Below, one piece after another: positions 51,222-61,089 of a stretch of DNA of 64,000 nt. Under the pieces are notes generated by a model, which was given only the letters and a program-made list of their open reading frames with translations, made no database searches and was not told the origin of the DNA. Position 1 is the stretch's first letter. Every line of letters begins with the position of its first letter. Source of the DNA: Squalus acanthias (taxonomy: Eukaryota); NCBI GenBank assembly GCA_030390025.1, contig JASTWF010000114.1, positions 806,001-870,000 on the forward strand, written 5' to 3'. The position numbers and the translations under genes were made by a program.

Positions 51222-51310
51222 CTACCTCGACAAGACTCGAGCCTACAATCTTCTATTAATTTCAAGATTTATACTGAAGTCAGACGCATTAAACCTTCGG
51301 CCACGCGGCC
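51222..51310 (-). pseudogene. tRNA-Arg(TCG)-derived gene, anticodon now TCA, with a 16-nt insert after position 37
   Basis: GGCCGCGTGGCCGAAGGTTTAATGCGTCTGACTTCAG[tataaatcttgaaatt]AATAGAAGATTGTAGGCTCGAGTCTTGTCGAGGTAG aligns to vertebrate tRNA-Arg-TCG (73 + 16 = 89 nt). Confidence 0.78.
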
Positions 51311-51330
51311 ACTGCGGTGCACGATAAACT

Positions 51331-51988
51331 ATAAGAACATAAGAACATAAGAAATAGGAGCAGGAGTAGGCCAATCGGCCCCTCGAGCCTGCTCCGCCAT
51401 TCAATAAGATCACGGCTGATCTGATCCTAACCTCAAATCTAAAGAAAACAAGATGTAGGAGCAGGAGCCGGCCACTCAGCCCCTGGGCCCGCTCCGCCAC
51501 CCACAGGGCCCCGACCGATCCTAACTCAGCCTCATGTCCAATTTCCTGCCCGCTCCCCGTACCCCTAATTCCCTTTACCTCTAGGAAACTATCTATTTCT
51601 GTTTTAAATGTATTTAATGATGTAGCTTCCACAGCTTCCTGGGGCAGCAAATTCCACAGACCTACTACTCTGGGTGAAGAAGTTTCTCCTCATCTCAGTT
51701 CTGAAAGAGCAGCTCCTTATTCGAAGATTATGCCCCCTACTTCTAGTTTCACCCATCCTTGGGAACATCCTTGCCGCATCCACCCGATCAAGCCCCTTCA
51801 CAATCTTATATGTTTCAATAAGATCGCCTCTCATTCTTCTGAACTCCAATGAGTAGAGTCCCAATCTACTCAACCTCTCCTCATATGTCCACCCCCTCAT
51901 CCCCGGGATTAACCGAGTGAACCTTCTTTGTACTGCCTCGAGAGCAAGTATGACTTTTCTTAAGTATGGACACCAAAACTGTATGCAG
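51331..51988 (-). mobile_element. CR1 3' end with a double tail
   Basis: LEAVQRRFTRLIPGMRG.. peptide; two successive hairpin tails at ~51335-51440 and ~51445-51530. Confidence 0.85.
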
Positions 51989-52336
51989 ATTGCGGATAAT
52001 GATTGATTAAACCACGTGGTTGTATTTATTTGTGTTCCATTCTTTGCATGGCAAACCAATCAGCGGCTGTGACCCATTCACTGATTGAAATACGAGAAGT
52101 CCCGAAGGAGCTGGAATTTTTCATTTAATGCTGTAAACACTCCGCAGGTCCGGGAACATCTGTGGATAGAGAAACACAGGGTTAACCTTGCAGTTCCATG
52201 AGCTCTCGGCAGAACTAAGCTTTTGCATCTTTGCTTCAAAATATTGCCGGTCCAGTGTGAGTTTCCTACCGAACTTTTTAATCAGATCAAAAATTATAAA
52301 ATAAGAAATAACACACCCCACCAAAATATTGCAAAT

Positions 52337-52410
52337 ATCCCGTACGGGGAATCGAACTCACGATTTTGGCGTCACAAGCTCCACGTTCTAAACAACTGAG
52401 CTAACCGGCC
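52337..52410 (-). pseudogene. tRNA-Ile(AAT)-derived pseudogene (anticodon loop now CT-TGT-GA)
   Basis: GGCCGGTTAGCTCAGTTGTTTAGAACGTGGAGCTTGTGACGCCAAAATCGTGAGTTCGATTCCCCGTACGGG aligns to vertebrate tRNA-Ile-AAT. Confidence 0.8.
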
Positions 52411-52599
52411 TACACATTTTGCGTTAGCCGTTAAATTTAACTTACTTTTGTTCCAAGCTCATATTTTCGAGACGTCTTCAAATCCCCAGAGTCCATCGGA
52501 AAAGTTCCTGCATTAATCTCTCGGCATACGACCTGCTGTTGTCAATCATACACTATCCCATCGGCAAATGCTATACACATGTCACTGTGTGCCACACCT

Positions 52600-54290
52600 G
52601 ACCACAGCCAACATCTTATGACATTCGCGCCACACAAGTGCCATACAATGACCATCTCCAACAAGCGAGAGTCTAACCACCGCCCCTTGACATTCAACAG
52701 CATTACCATCACCAAATCACCCAGCATCAACAAACTGCGGGTCACCATTGACCAGTATCTTAACTGGACCAGTCACATAAATAGTGTGGTTCAAAGAGCA
52801 GGTCAGAGGCTGGGTATACTGCGCCGAGTGTCTCACCTCCTCACTCCCCAAAGCCTTTCCACCATCCACAAGGCACAGGTCAGGAGTGTGGTTGAATACT
52901 CTCCACTTGCCTGGATGAGTGCAGCTCCATCAACATTCAACAAGCTGGAGAAAATCCAGGACAAAGCTGCCCGCTTGATTGGCAACCCATCCATCACCAT
53001 AAACATTCACTCCCTCCGCCACCGGAACACCGTGGCTGCAGTGTTTACCATCTACAAGATGCACTGCAGCAACTCACCAAAGCTCCATCAACAGCACCTC
53101 CCAACCCCGCGACCTCTACCACAGCCACATTGGCTGACGAGACAAAGATAGGATGGAATGGAAGTTGTGAGGAGGACACAAAGAGTTTGCAAAGGGATAT
53201 AGATAGGTTAAGTAAGTGGGCATAAATTTGTCAGATGGAGTATAATGTGGGAAAATGTGAGGTTATCCACTTTGGTAGGAAGAATAGAAAAACAAAATAT
53301 CATTAAAATGGTGAGAGAATACAGAATGCTGCGGTAAAGAGGGACTTGGGTGTCCTCGTACATGAAACACAAAATGTTAGCATGCAGTAATTGGAAGGCA
53401 AATAGAATGTTGGCATTTATTGCAAGGGGGATGGAATATCAAAGTAGAGACGTCTTGCTACGACTCTGCAGGGCGTTGATGAGACCACTCCTAGAGTACT
53501 GCGTACAGTTTTGGTTTCCTTAATTAAGCAGGGAAATACTTGCATTGGCGGCAGTTCAGAGAAGGTCCGCTATGTTGATTCCTAGGATGAAGGTGTAGTC
53601 TTATGAGGAAAGGTTGAACAGGTTGGAGTTTAGAGGAATGAGAGGTGATCTCATTGAAACATATAAGTTTCTGAGGGGGCTTGACAGGTTAGATGCTAAG
53701 AGGATTGTTCCACCCTTGGGGGATTCTAGAACCAGGGGACATAGTTTCAGAATAAGGGGCTGCCCATTTAAGACGTAGATGAGGAGGAATTTCTTCTCTC
53801 AGCGGGTCGTGAATCTTTGGAATTATCGACCCCAGAGAGCTGTGGAGGCGGAATCATTTAATATATTCAAAGCTGAGATAGACAGATTGTTGAACTACAG
53901 GAGAGTCAAGGATCATGGGGAACAGGCAGAAAAGGGGAGTTGAGGCCAAGATCAGATCAGCCATGATGTTATTGAATGGCGGAGCAGGCCCGAGGGGCCG
54001 AATGGCCTACTCCTGCAACTATTTCTTATTTTCTTATGTTCTAATAAGGGCAGTCGGCGCTCCAAGTTATACACCATCCCGACGTGAAAATATATTGCCG
54101 TTCCTTCAGTGTCGCTGGGTCAAAATCCTGGTAGACCCTCCTTAACAGTACTATGGGAGTACCATCACCAAATGGACAGCAGCGGTTCAAGAAAGCGCCT
54201 CACCACCACCTTCTCAAGGGCAATTAGGGATGGGTAATAATTGCTGGCCTTGCCAGCGATAACCAAATCCAAGTAGTGAATTAAATTAAA
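52600..54290 (+). mobile_element. 3' part of the second LINE family with a nested CR1 (~53128-54045)
   Basis: RT C-terminus KAQVRSVVEYSPLAW..IQDKAARLIG; CR1 RT and tail inside. Confidence 0.8.
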
Positions 54291-54299
54291 TTAAAATAG

Positions 54300-56510
54300 T
54301 CACCATGCAAAACAGCGGCAGCGGCGAGAGCATAAATAGAGTCCCGAGAACGCACCTGCATTTATGCAGCGGCAGCGCGAGGTTCCGATTCGAAAACAAC
54401 GTCAAAGAGTGACGTCACAGGAGAGCAGGTAGATGATTGATTGGTGAGTATTACAGCTCTATTTTGCTCTTAAACTTAGGGAAGGGGGTTATATTAAGAG
54501 CTCAGAAAATAATATTAATAAATAACACAAGGTTAGAGATGGCAGGGCAGGTGGTGTGTCGTAACTGCTGCATGTGGGAGTCTGTGGAGATATTCGCGAT
54601 CTCGAGCCACCACACCTGCAGTAAGTGTTTGCAGCTCGTGGAGCTTCGGTTCGGAATTGTTGAGCTGGAATACGAGCTGCAGACATTGCGATGCATCAGA
54701 GAGGGGGAGAGTTAGCTGGACACTTTGTTCCAGGAGGCAGTCACACCCTTTAGGTTAAGTCGTACTTTAGAGTTCATCAGTGGTCAGGGACAAGAGGGTG
54801 TGACTGCGAGTCATGAAGGTATGGGGACCCAAGATATAGTGATGGAAGAGCCTCAGCTTTGGATCTTGTCAAACAGGTACTAGGTACTTTCTACCTGTAT
54901 TGATGAGGAAAAGAACTGCAGGGAGAAATGGGCAAACTGACAACGGCACTGTGGTACAGGGGGCCATCCAAGTGGGGGGGGGAGAAGGAAGGAATGTGGT
55001 AGTAGTAGGTAACAGTGTAGTCAGGGGGATAGATACTGTTCTCTGCAGCCGCGAAAGAGAGTACTGAAGGCAGTGTTGCTTGCCCAATGTCAGGGTTAAG
55101 GTATCTCCTCGCGGCTAGAGAAGATATTTGAGTGGGAGGGGGAGGTTCCAGCTGTGGTGGTCCATATAGGAAACACCGACATTGGTAGAACTAAGAATGA
55201 CGTTCTGCTGAGGGAGTTTGAGGAGCTAGGTTCTAAATTAATAAGCATAACCACAAGGGTAATAATCATTGGATTACTACCTGAGTTTCGCGCAAATTCG
55301 CACAGGGGCAAGCAGATCAGAGAGTTAAATGCGTGGCACAAAGAGTGGTGTGGGAAAAAGAGGTTTCAATTCATGGGGCACTGGCACCGGCATTGGGGAA
55401 AGAGGGAGCTTTTCCATCGGAATGGGCTCCACTTAAACCGGGCTGGGTCCAGCGTCCGGGCGAATCGATTAATTGGGCTGTAGATCGGGCTTGAAACTAA
55501 AAAACGTGGGTGAGGTGTCAGGTGAGGGGAAATTTAGAAATCTGAGGCGAAAGGTCAAGGCAATAGAGCTGTGTAGCGATTTGGGTAAAAATAAGCAGAG
55601 TTTGGCAGGATGGGACAGAAAGTTAAATGGTAGCAGTGCAGCAGAGAATAAGCTCAAAGCAGGGAATAATGGTGAAAACATTAAATGAAAGGCTCTTTAT
55701 CTGAAAGCACGAAGCAGTCGTAACAAGATTGACGAACTAATGGCACAAATAGAGATGAATGGTTTGATCCAATAGCCATTACAAAGACATGGTTGCAAGG
55801 TGGCCAAGGTTGGGAACTAAATATTCCAGGGTACTTGACGTTTCGAAAAGAAAGGCAAAATGGAAAAGGAGGGAGAATAGCCCTGATAATAAAGGATGAC
55901 ATAAGGAAGGATCTCGGCTCGGAAGATCAGGAAGTAGAATCAGTATGGGTGGATATAAGCAATAACAAGGGGCCGAAAACATTGGTCGGAGTAGTACCTA
56001 GGCCCTCTAACAGCAGCTATACAGTTGGACAGAATATTAATTAAGCAATAGTAGGAGCTTGCAGCACAGGTATTGCAATACTCTTGGGGGACTTTAATCT
56101 TCATATAGACTGGACAAATCAATTTGGCAAAGGAAGTCTGGAGGTCAGGTTCATGGAATGCATTCGGGACAGTTTCCACGAACAATATTTCATGGATCCA
56201 ACCAGGCATCAGGCTAAATTAGAACTTGCATTGTGTAATGAGACAGAGTTAATTAGCAATCTCTTAGTAAAGGATCCTCAGGGACAGAGTGATCATAATA
56301 TGATAGAATTTCACGGTAATTTTGCGAGTGACTTGCCTAAGTACGAAACTAGAGTCTTAAATTTAAATAAAGCCAGTTACAAAGGAATGACGGGTGAGTT
56401 GGCTCAGGTAGATTGGAAAAATAGATTAAAAGGTATGACGGTAAATAAGCAGCAGCTAGCAGGCTCGAGGGGCCGTATGGCCAACTCCTGCTCTTATCTC
56501 TTACGTTTTT
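54300..56510 (+). mobile_element. CR1 5' portion (5'UTR, ORF1, endonuclease), decayed
   Basis: MAGQVVCRNCCMWE..; VVHIGNTDIG; GDFNLHIDW; SDHNMIEF motifs. Confidence 0.85.
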
Positions 56511-56660
56511 ATGAAGAGATGTGGCAAGATTGCAGAAATTTGACCTGATCCATTGGTTGTTGGAACGCTTAGCTCTGTCCACACAGACACTTTCCGCTGT
56601 TTCGCATGTGTGTAGCCCTATGTTGTTGCTTCATGAGTATTTGTTCTTCTACCTAATCTT

Positions 56661-56696
56661 ATAAGAAAATTACAGGTTCGAGTCCTACTGCGGTCG
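56661..56696 (+). pseudogene. 3' half of tRNA-Arg(TCG) followed by a TTTT terminator
   Basis: ataagaaaattacaggttcgagtcctactgcggtcg versus canonical ATCAGAAGATTGCAGGTTCGAGTCCTGCCGCGGTCG. Confidence 0.72.
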
Positions 56697-57022
56697 TTTT
56701 AAACACTTGGTCATTCTTGTTCAACTTAATAAAACTAAACCGTGTTCCCAATCATTCGCTGAAGGTGATATCCTTCAAAACATTGCAGGGCTCTTTATTA
56801 AATAGTATTTTTGATGCTGTTCTGTGTGTCTATTTCTCACTAATCTTTGCAAATAGTTTCCAACAAACCAACAATATCTGAATAATTCTGGTAAAGTATT
56901 AGTGCTTCCAATTGGAACAACAGCTTTGCGTTAATCAGTGTAATGATGTGCAGTGGAGGGAATTCTGATCAGTATCGGGGCCAGTGATCTCCTCAGGGAG
57001 CCGATTAGATAAAATAAAGAGA

Positions 57023-57083
57023 CTGCGCGGGGTAACCCCATTTGATTTCAAGTCTAACGCCTTAACCACTCGGCCATCGAAGC
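57023..57083 (-). pseudogene. tRNA-Ser(TGA) pseudogene, T-arm and 3' end deleted
   Basis: GCTTCGATGGCCGAGTGGTTAAGGCGTTAGACTTGAAATCAAATGGGGTTACCCCGCGCAG. Confidence 0.85.
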
Positions 57084-57263
57084 TGCGCAATAACATTTAA
57101 AAAATATCCCCTATTGTGGGGGTGCCCTGAACTACAAGTCATCAATAGTAACCGATAAATCCAGTGGCGAATTCAGCAGTAATTTCTTTGCCCAAACAGT
57201 GGTAAAAATGTGGAAGGAGCTCCCACGAGAATTAATTCAGGCAAATAATGTTCTTAAGTTCTT

Positions 57264-57592
57264 ATCCCTTTTAAAGAGACACAGAATGATCCGGGACTGA
57301 CAGCACATCCCTTTTAAAGAGACACAGAATGATCCGGGACTGACAGCACATCCCATTTAAAGAGACACAGAATGATCCGGGACTGACAGCACATCCCTTT
57401 TAAACAGACACAGAATGATCCGGGACTGACAACACATCCCATTTAAAGAGACACAGAATGATCCGAGACTGACAGCACATCCCTTTTAAACAGACACAGA
57501 ATGACCCGGGACTGACAGCACATCCCTTTTAAACAGACACAGAATGATCCGGGACTGACACAACACACCTTTTAAACAGTCACAGAATGATC
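57264..57592. repeat. 43-bp minisatellite (~7.5 near-identical copies)
   Basis: Unit atcccttttaaagagacacagaatgatccgggactgacagcac. Confidence 0.95.
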
Positions 57593-58085
57593 CTGGTTTT
57601 GAGTGAAGTGTTGAGTATGACTGTCAGGCTGTTGTTTGACTCGTCTGTGTTACAGCTCTCACAATTACGGCACAAGTTCCCTGATGTGCGTGAGGACGTC
57701 TGTGCTGCGTCTGCCTTTGCCTTGGTCGATGCTGAGTGGTCTTTACGGTTTTATTCTTATTGTACTTCTTTGTAGCGGTTTGGTACCATTTCAGAGGACA
57801 GGTATGAGTCGTTGCTGTGTGTCTGGAGTCACAGATAGGCCAGACCAAGTAAGGACGGCAGATTTCCTTCCCTAAAGGACATTAGTGTGCCAGATGTTTT
57901 TTTAAAAACAATCCGGTAGTTTCATGTTCACTTTTACAGACACCAGCTGTTCCATTCCAGATTTACTTAATTAACGGAATTTAAATTCGCCAACTGCCAT
58001 GGTGGGATTTTCTTTCATGTCTCCAGATCATTAGTCCAGGCCTCTGGATCACTGAATCAGTAACATAACCACTGTACTACCATAC
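57593..58085 (-). mobile_element. tRNA-like head + SINE-like body leading into the start of a LINE endonuclease
   Basis: Minus strand ggtagtacagtggttatgttac.. head; body shared with 34440-34545; VKQQPD-type coding remnant. Confidence 0.6.
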
Positions 58086-58104
58086 CACTGGCTTCCTCCT
58101 CTAA

Positions 58105-58765
58105 CTGTGTAACTGGGTCAAGGGGATGAATGGCTTCCTCCAGCTGCTGTGTAAAAGGCTCGTGCGGCTTGATGGCCTGCTCCAGTGCCGCAACAGCAGG
58201 CTCGAGGGGCAGAATGATCGCCAACTGTTCCTAAGTAAGAGAATTGAGGGGCTAAATTGCCTTCTCCTGTGTAGCTCTTTCCAGGGGCTGCAAGGATTCC
58301 CCTTGTTCCTGTGCAACAGGCTCGAAGGGCTAAATGTCCATCTCCTATTTTATCTAACAGGCTTGAAGGACAGAATTGCATTCACTTGTTCCTCACAACA
58401 GGCTTGAGTGATCTAAATAGGATCCTCCTGTTCCTATGTAACAGGCACAAATGGCTGGATGTCCAGTGTAAAAGGCTCGAGGGGCTGAATGGCCTCCTCA
58501 TGTTCTTGTGCAACAGGCTTCAAGGTCCGAATGGCATCCTTCTGTTCCTGTGTAACAGGCTCGAGGGGGCCGAAAGATCTCCTTCTATTCGTGTGTAAGA
58601 GGCTTGACCCGCTGAAAAGCCTCCAACAGTCCACGTACAACAGGCTCGAGAGGTTGAATGGCCTCTTCCAGTACATGTGTAACAGGCTCACGGAGCTGAA
58701 TATTCCCCTCCTGCTCCTATGTGACAGGCTCGAGGGGCTGAATGACCTCCGTGTTCCTGTTGCAC
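58105..58765 (+). repeat. ~41-42-bp minisatellite derived from the CR1 3' hairpin
   Basis: Consensus aacaggctcgaggggctgaatggcctcctcctgttcctgtgt resembles the CR1 tail gcaggctcgaggggccgaatggcctactcctgctcctat. Confidence 0.85.
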
Positions 58766-59675
58766 CATGTTTAAGACACTGACGTGGCTGATGGCCCTAG
58801 TGCGCCCTCTGCTGTCCCGGTGCAGAAAGAACCACAGTGTTAGTGTATGAAGACCTAAGTCCTTGTACTTTATTTCTTTCTTTGAATCTTTCTTTCCTTT
58901 CTTCCTTGTCTGTGCCATACACTCCTTATTCTATTGTTCACTAGTGATAGATGTGCTCCTATTTACCGGTTCAACGTGTTCATTGCCTCTGCTGCTTTGA
59001 ATTGTGTCGAAAAAGTGAACTGAATTTCTTCACCTGTGTGAAATATCCTCGGGTTAGAAGTCGTTTTGGTTTCAATCAAACAAATGCACAGATTTCTCGA
59101 ACTCGCTGAGCCTTTCCTGGCCAGTATTTGTATCTTGTTTCGTTGCATTTGTTCTTCCTCTTTGCCTTTTCCTCAGAACCTGCTTCCCCGAGCCCCGGAA
59201 AGCCAGTGGCCGCTGCCGACTGCATGTGCTCGATGCTTCAGCTCAGCGTGGCTCGATGTTGCAATGAGGACGTCGGGCGCCTTCAGAAACTTGATTTCTC
59301 TCCCCGTGCGTTCTGGGCCAATATTGGGGCCTCAGTCCCAACATTCGCTAAATCAGATTGGCTCCTCTTAAAGTTGTCAGTGAGTGGAGAGAAAAGAGCG
59401 GATTAAAACTTCATTGTATTCAAAGAAGATGGTCGAGTCGATCGAGAGTTCTGGTGCGGGGGGTTGGGGCGTCCAGCACAAGGGTCATCAACTTAAAATT
59501 AGAGCTGGGCTGTTCAAGGTTGATGTCAGGAAGCACTTCTTCACACAAAGCGTTGTGGATATCTGGAACTCTCTCTCCATAAATGTTGTTGAGGCTGGGG
59601 GTCTATTGATTGCACCTGGTGTGGTACTGAGCCCCACACACAGAGCAGAAAGGGCGCGGGCTCGGGCTCACAGCG

Positions 59676-59916
59676 AAAGAGAGAGGCCCAAAGAGAGAGA
59701 GACAGAGAGAGAAAGAGAAGCAGAGAGGCAGAGAGAGAGAGAGACAGAGAGAGAGAGACAGGGCCAGAGAGAGAGTGAGAGTAGAGAGACAGATAGATAG
59801 AGAGAGGCAGAGGGAGAGTGGGATACAGAGAAAGTGAAAGCCAGAGATAGAGACAGGCAGATAGAGAGAAGGAGAAACATAGAGAGCACAGAGAGAGAGA
59901 GAGAGACACGGAGAGA
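59676..59916. repeat. GA-rich microsatellite / low-complexity region
   Basis: Imperfect (GA)n/(GAGACA)n. Confidence 0.9.
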
Positions 59917-60581
59917 TAACAAAGGAATATAAGAAATAGGAGCGAGAGTAGGCCATTCGTCCCTCGAGCTTGCTCCGCCATTCATAAAGATCATGGCTGA
60001 TCTTCGACCTCAACACTTTCCTGCCCGATCTCCATGCCCCTTGATTTCCCTTGAGTCCAAAAATCTATCAATCTCAGCCTTGAATTATACTCAAAGTCTC
60101 AGCATTCACAGGCCTCTGGGGCAGAGAATTCCAAAGATTCACAATCCTTAAAGTGAAGAAATCCCTCCTTATCTCGGTCTTAAATGGCCGACCCTTTATC
60201 CTGAGCCTGTGCCCCCGAGTTCTAGACATTCCAGCCAGATGAAACATCCTCTCAGCATCTACCCTATCAATCCCCTTCAGAATCTTGTATGTTTCAATGA
60301 AATCACCTCTCATTCTTCTAAACTCCAGAGAGGATAGGCCCATTGTACACAATCTATCATCAAAGGACAGCCCTCTCACCTCAGGAATCAATCTAGTGAA
60401 ACTTTAGGCAAAGCCTCCAAGGCAAGTATATCCTTCCTTAGATAAGGAGACCAAAACTGGGCATAGTACTCCAGGTGTGGTCTCAACAAGTACCTGTACA
60501 ATTGGCAAGACGGCCTTACACTTATACTGCAACCCCCTTGCAATAAAGGCCAACATGCCATTTGCCTTCCTTATTGCTTGC
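59917..60581 (-). mobile_element. CR1 3' portion
   Basis: EFRRMRGDFIETYKIL peptide and 3' tail. Confidence 0.88.
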
Positions 60582-61089
60582 TGTTGAAAGGATTAATTTG
60601 AACTCATGTTAAATTAGACCTCTCTTAGCTGTAAAGGGAATGGAAGTTATGTACGAAATAGAATAAAAATCAACCAGGTGGATGACAAGCATTGGATGCC
60701 TAGCAGCATTCAAGGACACAATACAATGGGCAACTGTAGAGAAATACAATGGACAAGTGTGAGAATGAGAGTTGACCCAGCACCCAGTCTAAACATAGAA
60801 TGTGATTCCCAACAAACATTGCTTGCAGCATATATATGTAATTGGATAATTGTTTTTAGTTTGTAGCTGACAAAATAAGAAATATAACGAATTAACCGGT
60901 TTAGTTTGAGTTGACATAATTGTAATCATGTGATATTTTGTAACAATGTGATTGGATAATTCTTAAATAAAAGGTTGTAATTGACAACGGGAGTTCGAGA
61001 AGCCGTGGTCACTAGGCCGGGTAAGATCTATGACGCTTCTCCCAGAGATCTCTGAATATTAATAAACTGTTTGCTTTTACCTATCAACA
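60582..61089 (+). mobile_element. Solo LTR-like element (508 bp, TGTTGA...TCAACA)
   Basis: TG..CA ends with a 6-bp terminal inverted repeat, AT-rich body, AATAAA at ~61061 close to the 3' end; no TSD. Confidence 0.7.

Noticed and set aside
51222-51310. Selenocysteine tRNA or functional opal suppressor
   Set aside because: The body is Arg-type, lacks the long Sec acceptor and variable arms, and has a damaged T-loop (GGCTCGA) and stems.
59384-60016. ER-rich and SL-rich ORFs
   Set aside because: Translations of a GA microsatellite.
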